The notes under the pieces are model-generated. The model made no database searches and was not told the DNA's origin. It saw only the letters and a program-made list of their open reading frames with translations. A stretch of 63,213 nucleotides of DNA, counting the filler, from Choristocarpus tenellus KU-1152 (lineage: Eukaryota; Protista; Phaeophyceae): assembly GCA_964200185.2 (NCBI GenBank). It is 14 parts of 14 records of this genome, joined end to end, with 100 filler letters (N's around TTAATTAATTAA, not from the genome) between each part and the next. Parts side by side here need not be neighbours in the genome. Positions count along the whole stretch, not along the records: positions 1 to 7,104 come from CAXNAD020006694.1; positions 7,205 to 10,381 come from CAXNAD020021757.1; positions 10,482 to 13,889 come from CAXNAD020020237.1; 11 more parts are not named here. One strand, given 5' to 3'. The number at the start of each line of letters is the position of its first letter. Within the stretch, counting starts at the first letter, position 1. The position numbers and the translations under genes are program-made. Positions 1-12,577 of the stretch are shown here, one piece after another.

Positions 1-507
1 TCTCAGGCATGACTGAGATATTCGTACAAAGAGGTCGGTCATCATATCATGTCAATACTTGTATGCGCTCAGTGGTAGCTTCTTCTACTTGGCAACGATA
101 GCAATAATTGATACACAAAGGAAAAATGTGGGAAAGTAATACTTCTTCTCAGTCAGTCAGCCATCCATGATGACAATGAAACACTGCCCCGAAAAAACTA
201 CTTCAAAGTACTATTATTTTCTACCACCTCCACCATTGATAGTCAAACGGCTCCACCGACCGCACTAATTATTCAAGCAAGCAAGCCAACACAGGGCATA
301 CATGTACACGACAATCAAACAATATCATTGCCGCCCCTCACACACTGTCCTACTACCACCTTCGGGATGGGTTCCCATTCGTAGCGGGGCCCTTCCAAAG
401 TGCCACAACATTTACAAAAAAAAACATATGGGCACTTTCCACCACAATTTTGGGTCAAACTCATCCTCCATAATATGCTCCATCCTCAATTTTGGTGATC
501 GGCTGTT
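1..507 (+). mobile_element. Repeat family C (long non-autonomous DNA element), right part ending in TIR ...GATCGGCTGTT
   Basis: Homologous to 17717-18150 (reverse strand) and 20335-20408. Its last ~95 bp match the 137-bp MITE at 62239-62375. Confidence 0.8.
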
Positions 508-2529
508 GTATGGACGCAATCATATCAATAGTTGGGAGGAGTAAGGGATACGGATTACTCAACTCAGGAGATGTGCAAAATCGTTCGAGAAGATGACTCT
601 TAGGCACCAGAGGTGATGCGGTTCACCCCCCTCTCACTTCTCTACCACTAGTAATGTCACCGTTACATCTTCAAATATGTTCGCTGAGGACCCAATCTCA
701 TCATTATTACAATATTACTATTTTGTAACAGAAAGAGACTATTTTTCACCATATTGAGCCCAACCTTACCCAGTCCATCATCTCACCTAAGGACCTCTTC
801 AAAGAAGGTATGATAAGCTTAGAACACAAAAACCCAACCAATTAAATTTGTGACTCGGTACATATATGTATCAATTACTATCATCCTTGTCTTTTTCCTA
901 CCAAGAATAAGATTAGTGTGTTGCTGACTTCGACAACATGTAAAGCAGGAGTAAGTCCTCAGTGTCAATAATCGTAACCGAACACCAACCAAAAAAATAC
1001 GTATCAAGTAGAATTTCCAACTCAACTCGTCAACACTAGAGAAGATATCCCAAAAACATCAATAAAGGTTGACAAAAACAACATTGATTGCCTCACCTGA
1101 GAAGCTGAATGAATGAGGTCATGCTATTTTTCTTGCCAAGTAGGATTCAGATACAAGCACCAGCATCAAAATTGGAACAGGCAGGAAGACAACTCGCTGT
1201 TATTGAACCTTTCCAAGTAGCACATCGATCAACTCCACCTTCTTACTGCAACACAAATCTTCGTGTTCCAAGTACAAAATTCCTCCCGACAACCAGTATT
1301 CTACGTATCAATGCATATGAAAAAGTCCGACAAGACAAAGAAGGGGCTCATCATCTATACCCCTCACCCTTCCCTCATTCCATAGGCTCATAACCTGTTC
1401 AGGTCATCACTTTCAAACACCCATTACTAATAGCTGACAACACAACTGCTGCCTGCCGTTGATCCCACAACATACTCTCACAGACGCACATAGGAAACTA
1501 GGGTCACCATTCAGAACAAGCAACACACACAAACACACATGCACGCATACAATTTCCTCAAATATTCCTGTATCCAACGCGATGTGTTGATAGATTGGAC
1601 CATACATGTGCACCCTGAGTTGTCAAAGTGAGTGGTACGACATCGTCACAGACTCACAGAGAGTTGTGCTCAAAACTTGTTTCCATATCAATGAACACAA
1701 CAATGATCAACGTGAGAGTGGACTTAAGGAGGAGTTCTGCCCTCTCACTGTCCTGACACACAGACATGCTGGACCTGATGACTTCTTGCCCAGTGACATT
1801 CCTCTCTTGTCAATGACTCCTAACATATTACTTGGCCACAACTGCCCCTCCCCCCCCCCTCCTCCCACACAAAAATCCTATTTTTTCTCCTATACAACAC
1901 AATGTACAACACCTTGGCCAAGCAGACAGCCTGCTCAGCGAGGTATTCCCAGAAGCTAAGCCTTCTTGAGTGTACACGACCCACATGCATAATGCCATAC
2001 GCATCAACATCTATAAAAATCTCGGTAGGACTGATGGGACAAAACAACCACTGTGTGTCTGTCTCAGAGAGAGGGAAAATTCGTGGGGGAGGAAGGATCA
2101 CACATGCAGCGTACCTACACCACGGAACAATCTCCCTCCTGACCTTGCCCTTCAAAAGTGTCACGAACACACACACACACACACATTACACCAACAACAA
2201 TGTATGGAATGTGTCAAGTGGCAGATATAGGGGAAGTCACCAAAAGAACATTCAACACCCAACAAAGAACATCTTCAAGGACACCGAAGCCTCAAGTTGC
2301 ACCTACACTACCCTTACCAACTATACTGAGGCTCACTGTGTCTACCAACAAAAATCCAAACCCTGAGCACCTCAAGACAACCCATTTTACCTCAACATCT
2401 CAAATGTAGGATATAAAGTCACCCGAGATGCAAAACCCATCCCTCCCCCCCCCAAAAAAAAATGCACGAGAACTTTTTTCTCCTTTTCCAACCCCTCATG
2501 ACAACTAAATTGCTATCCCAGTCTCCCTC

Positions 2530-5500
2530 TCAGTTGGTCTTGACTTCTGTGTAGGCCCACTCTAGCCAGGGCATCAGAGCTTCCACATCCTCCTTATCCA
2601 CAGTTGCGCCACACCAAATTCGCAATCCAGCGGGAGCATCACGGTAACTTCCAATATCATATGCGACACCCTCCTTCTCCAATAAAGAGACCATCGTCTT
2701 CACCTGGGGTACGAATGCATGTGTGGGCGGGGCATTGGGAAAGGTTAAAAAAAAATCAGACATCATTTCATGACGGACAACTAGATGTGGTAACTTTACA
2801 TGCCCTCTGATGGCATCGAGACATGGGGAGAAAGAAAAAAATCAAGAAATCACTCGATGACAGGAAACTACAGGTGGTCGTAACTAACGTGCCCTTGAAC
2901 AGGATGAAGCATCCATCTGTGTTCCAGATAGAAGGAGGATTCAGTGAGATGGTAGGGGGACGGGGCTGGAAAACAGAAGCAAGGGGAAAAGGCTCAACTA
3001 TCGTGATAGTTGAAAAAAGTAATTTCAAGGTGGGTCAAGTACCTTTTCGACAAACTAACTTTCACACTACGTATCTGACGGTGCTCACATCATCTGATTA
3101 CCATACAATACACCCCTCTTGCATCAATGCCACAAAGTCTTTCTTCTACAGTCATGGTTGTTACTGCTCCTTTAGAAAGGCGTTTGCCAAAATGCTTGCT
3201 ATATTCATCACTTCCAGCAACAGTAAGTACTATTAACAAACCTTCTCTCACTACAGCTCAGGAGCGCTAGCTATTTTCATGCTACTATTAACTTGAGTAA
3301 ATAATATCCACACATGCACAAAGAGATGGGGAGGGGGGCACTATGAATGTACTTGAAGGCGACACTACGAAACATCCAACACTTCAAAATTTACAAACCA
3401 ATACTTCATATCCAAACAACACAAAATGTGCTTGTACCCACCCCATACCCACATCCAACAAGGCAAACCAAGTACTACCAATACTACGCATCAAAGCACA
3501 AAAAAAGAAACACGCACCTTGTCCTTATCCAGGTCAAGGCTGAGACACACTGAAGTGTTAGAGGCCGTTGCTGGGTCGTTGGCAAGGTTACTAATCCAAT
3601 CCTTCTTGTCACAGAAGTCTTGGATCACGCCAAAGTTTGTCTGGTGGGAAAAGTAGACATCATTATTGTAGGGTGACTAGGAGAGGGGACACACAAGAAG
3701 TACTTCATCAATTGCATACACTACTAACATGAAACTGCCATCACAATACAAAATGGAGGTGAAGGGCTTTTATCTCCATGACATCCTATCAACCAGACTC
3801 TTTAAAAAAAAACTATTACACAGAGGAAATGTGTTCTATCTTGTATACTATCCCTGACAAAAAAATCTCAACTCTCAACCTTGCACACACGTAACAAAAA
3901 TAAAAAATCAGGATTACTCAATCAAGCAATATATGACTGTTGTTCATTGGTGCAGGCATATCGCGGATACATCAGAATACAAGTGCAAATAAAAGACTTT
4001 AAAAGGTACACCTGCTGTGTCGATTCCTCCTTATACGCAGGCAATTCTCATTCAATAGGATCCAACCCATAAATCGATTACGACCACAGGGTTTGTCACA
4101 TGCGTTTCACCTCAATACAAGCTATTCTTCAAATGTTGTTATTTTCATTGAAGGAACACCCTGTTGTTCACCTCCTACTGCACCCATTGATAATTAAAAG
4201 GTGTACCTGTCTGTGTCTTCAAGACATCACTGAATTTGTAGATACATGCCTCTTACACACTGTACAACGGTGGCACACTGAGCTACCCCACACTCAAATA
4301 CCACACTACAAATTAATCAAACCTCACACAGGATCTATTGTACCAAAATTCTGAAACCAACTCAAGTTCAGCAATAAATCATTTCTATTTCTCTTCAACA
4401 AATATTTGTTCTCAGATTTCCAGTAATACAGTGTTCCTAGTTCAGATACATCAATCAACATTCTTCTTAGTCCATTCTCCAAACTAAACATAAGCAAAAG
4501 CAAACCATACCACCCTCTTTCACGAATACAAAAATTAAACACTGTTGCCCATCTCATCACATCACCTGAGACCGCTTGATCAATCCCGGCAGGCCCCCGA
4601 TGGTGTCACTCCAGGCAAGAGAGTCAAGGTAATCCTCCACACACAGCATAGAAGGGGTGTTAATGGTCGACCCATCGAATATCGATCTATCCACCTTGCC
4701 CTTCTTAACCTGCACAGCCCACAGTCATATATGACACAGCACAATCAATAAACCATCCAGCCAATCAGATGGAGTGACAAACAGACACATGAAAATAAAT
4801 ATAAAAAAGTTCAACATGCTTCCAATTCGTTGTAACCCTAACCCTCACTACTTACTCCGCAGCAGTAGACTACACACACACTGAAGAGAAAGGGGAAGGG
4901 TTTGGTAACTACTCAAAGGCGTTGCCAACCACGGTGAGAGTCGTAGATTCAAGAACACCAGTACAGGGTTAAAAAAAACTAGGAGTCAATGTCCCCAAAT
5001 TCAAAAGAGTCTACCGTACAAGGTGATAGTTCATATCGACCGCATCTCCTGTACTGGAAACGTGCTCTTACGAGATTCAATCGACACAATCGCATCCCAG
5101 AGTAGACACGCTTCACCCTGCAACAAACACCTACACTCTTGCCTCAATACCTCCCTCTTACATCCTCATAAACCACTAGTTCAAAGCTTCCTACAGAGGC
5201 AACACATCACATAGACTAGATAGACATGAAACCACCTAGATCAACATAAGCAACACATGCCAAACTATAGTGGCAGTGATGGTGCGAAAGGGGCTGCCTC
5301 TCAGCCTGTCAGGAGTGGCAAGGGAGGGGAAGGCATGCGGGGCAGGAGGAAAGGCATTAAACTAACCATCCGGAAGATCTTGGGCAAAGGACGATCAGGA
5401 GTGAAGCTCTCGAGTCTTTCCACCGCCCGGGGCGAAAGGATGATCACCCCATGCCCCCCCTCTCCTCCAAGAACCTTCTGCCAAGAATACGTGCTGACAT

Positions 5501-6993
5501 CACACTGTCTCAACAACATCCGGGAGGGTCAACAATCCAATTTCGTAGGTGTGCCAACAGAGGGAAGAGCAAAAAGGGAGTTGATATATGCGCTAATGGC
5601 GTGAACAAGGGCAATGTCGAACTGAGCAAGTCATTAGATAGAAAACAAACACCAATTTCTACAAAGAGTAGTAGGACTTGATAGAGGCGGTGATACAGGA
5701 GAGCATGAGTTTCAACTAACACAAAAGAACAGAAGAACTTCGCCTCTATCCTGGGATGATCATGTATCACTCTCATCTCATCTGGACCCCTGCCGAAGAC
5801 TACATCATCATCCAATCAACGCTCAAAGTATCTGGGGGGGGGGTCTACACCAGGGTGTCCATATGGGCCCTGACCAAGAAAAGTGCACTTACATTATCCA
5901 TCCAACACATGCAACCAAATCACACTAAAATTGCGACATGGGCAAATAGGCGCTAAAAGGAGGACAGCCACCCCCCCCCAAAGATACTTTGAGCCTCAGT
6001 GAACATTGATTGACGATGTCATCTATCAGTCGTTAAAGTATCCCTTTCTGTGTAGGAAGGTCAAGCATAAAAAATAACAAAAAATAAAAACAATTTGTAA
6101 CAAATCAATTATGCGCAGAAGCAACAATTCAAGGCATCAGACTCAAACTAAGCTGTAATTTTTGTAACTCCACAATTCGCACCCACTTCACACACACACA
6201 AATATATATGTAATATTTTACCTCTAAACAGCTCAAACTCCCTTGCAATAAAAAAATCAGAGGCAAAAAAAATTGAACATCTCCACATGACCACCAATCA
6301 CCAACTCCAAATATTACTTGAAGAGATTTGAATACATAGAACTCAAAAGGATTTACGTATCTTTTCCCATTTCCATCACAACCCCAGAGTGCTCTACTCA
6401 AGCAATATGTTACCAGCTCTAATAATGGTACTAGTAGCATTAGAGTAATGGATACTATCTTGCACATTGAACATATTACCAGCTTTATTAATGATAGTAG
6501 TAGAATTGGATTCATGGGTATTGTATTGCACTTGAACATATCACCGGCTCGATTAATCGTGCTAGTAGTATTAGAGTTAGGGATCCTGCATTGCACATGT
6601 ACCAAATGCTTATTTATAGACATCCAGGTATAGAGACAGGGTTGAGCACTTGCTCCCTAGCATGTCATAACCGTGAAATCAACCCCAAACTGTATATTGG
6701 CTTTAGTCCAAATACCACAGGAGATTTACGCCTTACACCACCTCACCAATACACTGGCCCTTCCCTACTATAATTGGGGGGAGGCAGGCAACCTGCATTC
6801 ATTATTCAAAAAAGCGGACCCATCCCAGAGCCCATTTTGAACTCCCCTTCACATTCCTGAATACATCACTGTCAAGCTATGTCCCAACAAGATATACCTT
6901 TTTCCAGGGAATGTTCATTGCAAATGCAGCAGAGGTGCAATCGTTGAACGTCAACCCCGTCCGGTCATCTGATATCCAGTCCCCATTTGGCAC
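2530..6993 (-). CDS. serC: Phosphoserine aminotransferase (Methanosarcina/alphaproteobacterial SerC type), 3' five exons; 5' end lost at contig break
   Basis: GT-AG exons at 6898-6993 ([26 protein letters not shown]), 5367-5504 ([36 protein letters not shown]-lysine SWQK), 4566-4709 ([24 protein letters not shown]), 3518-3640 (ASNTSVCL) and 2530-2703 ([25 protein letters not shown]...stop). All splice in frame. Confidence 0.93.
5820..5995 (+). mobile_element. MITE family A (~176 bp) in a serC intron
   Basis: Terminal inverted repeats GCTCAAAGTATCT...AGATACTTTGAGC. Internal sequence matches copies at 47609, 48458, 48999 and 50109. Confidence 0.88.
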
Positions 6994-7104
6994 CTGCAAG
7001 GCGTGTGTGTGTGAAGGGGGAGGAGTGCGAGGAGGGGGGGGGGGGGGGGGGGGGCAAAAACAAAAAAAAAGAGCCCGGCGGACACCGCAAGGCAGTCGTC
7101 TTGC

Positions 7105-7204
7105 NNNNNNNNNNNNNNNNNNNNNNNNNNNNNNNNNNNNNNNNNNNNTTAATTAATTAANNNNNNNNNNNNNNNNNNNNNNNNNNNNNNNNNNNNNNNN
7201 NNNN
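7105..7204. other. Artificial contig linker (N44-TTAATTAATTAA-N44); first of 13
   Basis: Identical 100-nt spacer with a six-frame stop at 7105, 10382, 13890, 17617, 21200, 24744, 27775, 32411, 36065, 46774, 50268, 55830 and 59391. There is also a 10-N gap at 13156-13165. Confidence 0.98.
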
Positions 7205-7849
7205 CATAGTGGCAGCTTACATGGGTCCGCTTCCATACCTGTGAGGCTCATAACCTGTGCAAAAGAACTGTTCAAATAGAGTTTTTGCTTTATGTGGTAT
7301 GAATGAATTAAATAGCGGAGTGAGCACCACCCTCGCTCGAGGTGAGGGGGTGCTCTGCCTTGTTGTCTATTGCGCACATCAACAGAAATGTCAGAACGTG
7401 TCTGTAATATTCTGACGTGACTGTATCAGTCGCACTACGTCACTCGGTCTGCGTCAGTCATAGCTACATCAGTCGTTTTATGTCAGCCACTTATGTTTAA
7501 CAAATAGAAACCAACCCGTTGAGATTCGAACATACTACTCTGGGCGTACAGAAACAATTGATAGACAATTAAGCCACTCAGTCAACATTTTTGGTACATG
7601 GTACTGACTACGAAACACATAAGAAGCCTATAGACTACCAGCCTATATTGCACACAGCCCTACAAGCCATATACTGGACAACGGAAGGAAGGATGTCTAA
7701 GTAACTTGATTTTAGTGAGGAAAATCACATGATTTTAGAGAGGAAATCTCCCTTTCGCCCATCGCACCACAGCCAACTCCAACCTATCTAATAATGTTAA
7801 GAGTGATTCAAGGGTCACATCAAGCTTTATTTCGACGAAAAAATCCTCT

Positions 7850-8560
7850 CCAATCAAAAGTTAGAACAGGACAAATTCTGTCCTAGGGGCGACTGCCAAC
7901 ACCATATCCCCAAAACCATGATCATTGCAGCAGCCAATGCCCGTCCAGATTCGGCCACAGCTTTGATGGAAAGCTTGGTGTTTGGCGTGTGTGTGCACCA
8001 AAAATGGGAGACCGGATAAGCAAGAAGTATAAAAAGGGGGATGTGCATGAGCAGGACTGTGCCTTAGACCATTTGTAGTACAGGAAGTGGTACACGGAGG
8101 AGTTACTGCCTGTAATCAAGACCAATATACAATATAATATGCCTTGGTTGTAGAGGAAGTACGTTGTCATTCAGCAGGATGGTGCCACCCCCCACATGGG
8201 CAAGGGCAACTCAGAAATCTTGTCAGCGACAGGGAAGATCGAGGGGTGGTCAATTAGGCTTGTGACGCAGCCATCTTAACTCCCCTGACCTCAATATCAT
8301 GGACCTGTGATTCTTCAGGTCTTTGAAATGCCAGGTGATGGGTGGGTCCGTCGAGGAGATGGTGAAGGTCATTAAGAAATTGTATGAGGAGTATGATGAA
8401 AACATACTTGAGAGGGCTTGGCAGCTCCTTTTTGTGGTGTATAATCAAATATTTAGATAGAAAGGGGGGAATGACTTCAGTGTGGAGCACACAGGGGTAA
8501 GAAAGAGGCAGTTAGTTTAGTTGTCTGGTGAACTTGAAAGCACACCAAAGGTAGACATGG
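7850..8560 (+). pseudogene. Degenerate Tc1/mariner transposase (plant/oomycete DD39D-like group)
   Basis: Motifs FDGKLGVW, VVIQQDGATPH, TQPS-SPDLNIMDL, ILERAWQLLF and GGNDF, interrupted by stops and frameshifts. Confidence 0.85.
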
Positions 8561-9417
8561 AGACTTTTTCTGTGACTGATAAAATTGTAATGGATGGGGA
8601 GTAATGATAATAAAAAGAGCTGACCCCTAACCAGAATTTCGCCAAGGATTCCAAATCTTTCAGAAATAAATTTCATCATCTTCGAAAGTTATGGACAGCA
8701 CAGCACAGACTTTTAACACGGAGGTAGTATATGATATGATATGATATGACCCCCTTGACAACAGACCAATGGATCAAAGGACAGACCATGTACCACAGCT
8801 CTCATTAATGTTGATAAATATGATAGTCCTTGTTGGGATGGGTAGGGAGGAAAAGGACTGTGAGTTACATTTAAAGGATGCAGAAAAATCTGTGCAAAAT
8901 TTATCTTTTTTTGGAAATGTGTATTGGATATTTTCTGAATTGTGTTGGTAAAGTTTCAAACAATAGAAAAATAGACGCTCCCAAGTCAAACTTAAAATTC
9001 ATCCATAGAAGTATGAGTAAATTGCAGAAGATTGAAAAACAGACTTGAAATGAAAACAGTCAAAGCCTGCAAGTACCTCTGGTATACTTTGACTTTGTGT
9101 GTTTATGTTATGACAACGGTTATGAAATACATTGTGAATATTGTCATAAATGTTTGGAACCACATATCGTTTGAAGTAAGTGTTGAAGCACGGTTGTGAG
9201 AGATTTTGTAATGGAGAAGGCGTAGCCCTAAAGAGGTCAGGCAATATGCAACTGCTTTGGAAAAGGCAAATGATGGATATATCCAGTAGGAAGGATGAAT
9301 AGACGTTTTTGGCAGACACATATCACAGGTGTGGTGGGACAAGAGTCATCACATCATTGATGATGCAGTGTTGTTGTGTTCTTTTGAAGGTTGGTAGGAT
9401 GTAAGTATAATGGGGAG

Positions 9418-9689
9418 GAGCCAAAGTATCTTATAGAGGGTAGAGCCGCGTCCATTTGGGGGCCAAAATACAATGTTGCGATTTTGGTGTAATTTTGGTG
9501 TAATTTTGGCTATCGTGTTTGCTAGGAAGTGTCAATATCCACATTCTGGACACACCATTTCATAACGCATATATTTTACCTACTCGAAATATTTTGGAGA
9601 AGGAAAATGTCACAAAAAAAAAACATGGGAAGTCAAGCCCCAAATGGACAAACAGGGCAAAACTTGCACCCTCTAAGATACTTTCACTC
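9418..9689 (-). mobile_element. MITE family B (~260-270 bp)
   Basis: Termini GAGCCAAAGTATCT...AGATACTTTCACTC with flanks GGAG/AGAG. Reverse-orientation homologue of 19558-19816. Confidence 0.88.
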
Positions 9690-9793
9690 AGAGATGACTT
9701 GAGAAGCAAAATGAATCGAGAGGTAGGCAGATTTGGAACTCTTTGGCATTCCAAGTGGTATTTCCTTACCATGTGCAATGATTGAAACCAAAT

Positions 9794-10233
9794 GAGAGAT
9801 AGGCAGGGTTGCATTTTAAGGATCCCAATAAAGGGGAAAAAAATGCTATTTTGTGCAATTGGAGAAAAGTGGATATTTGCTGAGTTGTGGTGTCACTTTG
9901 TGTGTGGGAAAAGGGGGATATTATTTTCTTGCATACACTATTGTGCGCATTAAAGCGATGAAATAGAGTGTAATTGCACTGGGTGAGAAGTATGTCTAAC
10001 CCTGAATATATGCAAAAGGGTCAAAACCTGCCTACCTCTATATTCGTTTGACTCAATGCACTCACTCTATGCCATTGCTTGAATGCGCACAAATGGTGTA
10101 TGCTCAAATAAGTATCCCCCCTTTCCACACACAAAGTAACACCACAACCAAGCAAAGCCTCCTTCCGCTATTGTAAGGCATTTTTTCTTCTGTTTCCTTG
10201 GGTCCTTATAATGCAACCCTGCCTACCTCTCTC
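9794..10233. mobile_element. Foldback / long-TIR non-autonomous element (~190-bp imperfect inverted arms)
   Basis: GAGAGATAGGCAGGGTTGCATT...AAGGATCCCAA pairs with TTGGGTCCTTATAATGCAACCCTGCCTACCTCTCTC, and the arms pair over ~190 bp. One arm recurs at ~32851-33050. Confidence 0.75.
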
Positions 10234-10761
10234 TTGGATTAAGAAAAACTTCAATTAAACAACAGAGAAAGGGGGATAAAACCCCTCACAAATACCCCCC
10301 CCCCCGCCCCCCCCTTTTTCACATTGTGGGATATACATATATACCTACTTAAACCTTTTAGAAAAAAGATTGGGTGGATGGNNNNNNNNNNNNNNNNNNN
10401 NNNNNNNNNNNNNNNNNNNNNNNNNTTAATTAATTAANNNNNNNNNNNNNNNNNNNNNNNNNNNNNNNNNNNNNNNNNNNNCTGGTAGTTGGTATTTTGT
10501 TTTTGTGTGGGGGGGGGGGGGGATTGGGGGGCTGTGACAATGAATGGGAGGCGCATCAACTTGTGTAAAAACATCGGCTTCACCTGTTAGGGACATCCCA
10601 GTTGAAGACGGTCGATGGCGTTAGCCATGCCGTTTTGTTGTTGAGACTTGATTGGCAACAGGTCAGTAGGTTCGATTCATAGGTATTAGCCCCTTGTTTG
10701 TCCCTCCAACACTCTCTCACCTGCCTCTGGTTTGCTGCCTTGCGCTCTGTGTCTCAAACAG

Positions 10762-11597
10762 GTTCCTAAAGACCTCCTGGTGGCCCATGCGGAGAAACGT
10801 GTGCTGCAGACTGCCCTGGACCAGGCAGGACGTGATGCTGCTGAGGCTCGGGTAAGGATTAGCCAGTTTTTGCTGGCATGTTTACAAACATTCCTGGGAG
10901 TATTCTGGGCATCACAAGCGGTAACAGTAATTTTATTTTTATTTTGGGGGAGGGGGGGGAAATCTTGTTTCTTTAATTTACAAATTGTCTGTCTTGCTTG
11001 CCTTTCCACCTGTTTTGTTACAGCACAAGTATTTAACACTGTAGTATTAGCTTTCTTTGGGGGGGGGGCGGGGGCGGGAGGGAGTGGAAGTTGGGAGAGG
11101 GGGGAATGAGAGGGATATTGATAGTGTTTACATTCGAGGGATTGTAAAGTACTTACTGGTAGGTTTTTGCGGGTGGTTGGATACTTGCAGGATAGTTGTG
11201 TATATGTTGGGGTCAAGTTGAGAATTAAGGAGTTGAGGTGGGTTCATGAGAGTCGGTTCTTCTGCAACTTGGGACACTCTGGCAATAGAGGATGTTCGCA
11301 GTTCAGAGGTGGGACATATGATACTACAGGCAACCTGAAGTGGGCGTGGAGGTTTGGGGGGTGGGGGCATCAAGCACAACAGTAGAGCGTTGATTATGAT
11401 TATCTGTTGAGTCTATACTTCACAGTAGTAGTTGGGTAGTATCATGATGGAAGGGGTGGCGGTGTTTCCTGGGTGTAGGTGAAGAAAGAAGTCAACTGAT
11501 GGAAGAGGTTTCCAGGGCCAAGCAGCTTGACATATTTGAGTCTAAATTGAATATATATACATATGAAGAACATGTTCTGCCTCCCTTGCCCCTGCCC

Positions 11598-11634
<37 letters not shown>

Positions 11635-12577
11635 CTTCAATTCTGTTTCTGGGCAAATAGTTTGGGTTTGGCTTAGCTTGACAGTACCCGCCTGGAGGCG
11701 TTCTTGCGATGCTCAGCCTCCAGTGTAGTGTAAGGGCAGGATATCCATATGCCGCCACTCCCCCTCCCCTGCCCTAATTCTCTACGACATCCTTTCTTCC
11801 ATTGAGAGCATTGGACAGAAAAAAAGCACTGGACAGAAAGCATTGGACACAGGACAAACAGCGGAAAGAAAAACCAAGCCTATCGATGTTGCTGAACCCG
11901 TTGCCACCTGCTAATTATGCCCTTGTTGATGACATGCGTGTATGGTCCCTGATTTTATTTCTCAGGCGTTGGCTGAGTCAGAGCTCCAACGTCGGGATGC
12001 CGATCTCCGTGGCTTCATTGCCTCTGTCACCCTTGAGCAAGAAAGAACCCACCGACGGCTCCGTGACCAGGCCCTCACCATTCACCAGTTAACTGTACAT
12101 TGCTCTGCCGAGAGTGCTTCATCTCTCCACCTGCATGGATTGATGGAGCACACGCAGGCAGAGGCGCTGACGCCTGGAGGGGTTCCCATACGTGGGCAGA
12201 TGAAGGCGCCTGGGACGGGATCTGTGGACGGGGCTCGGCGCAGGAATGCGCTGGGGCAGGGGCAAGAACCATGGACTACTAACTGGACTGGTGTGGGGAA
12301 TGACGGGTATGGGTGGTCACAAGGGGTCATGGGCAGGATCGCCTCGCCTTCGCTGGGCACAGACCACCTACTGCGTCCTGTGGTAGCTGTGTCTCCTCTT
12401 GATGGGTCAACCAGCTTCACTGGGGGGGTGGCTTCGGGAGGGGCAGCGAGGGAGGCGAGAAATGAAGGGGAAGGGAGAGGTTCAAGGGTAGAAGAGTTCC
12501 TGAGCTCGTCGTGGTCAGGCGTTGAAGGGGCAGGGGCAAGTTGTGGCTTGGATGGGAGGGGAGGAGTTGGTCGATGA
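10762..12577 (+). CDS. 3' exons of an uncharacterised coiled-coil / low-complexity protein
   Basis: Exon 10762-10851 (VPKDLLVAHAEKRVLQTALDQAGRDAAEAR; AG/GTAAG) joins in phase 0 to exon 11966-12577 (ALAESELQRRDADLRGFIASVTLEQERTHRRLRDQ...stop), which follows TTTTATTTCTCAG. Confidence 0.7.

Noticed and set aside
7149-7160. Recurrent TTAATTAATTAA palindrome at regular N gaps
   Set aside because: Artificial six-frame-stop linker. ORFs ending in ...XXN or XXLIN are artefacts.
7513-7590. tRNA-like A/B boxes on the minus strand (also GTTCGA motifs at ~10670, 28955 and 36880)
   Set aside because: No convincing cloverleaf; at most decayed SINE heads.
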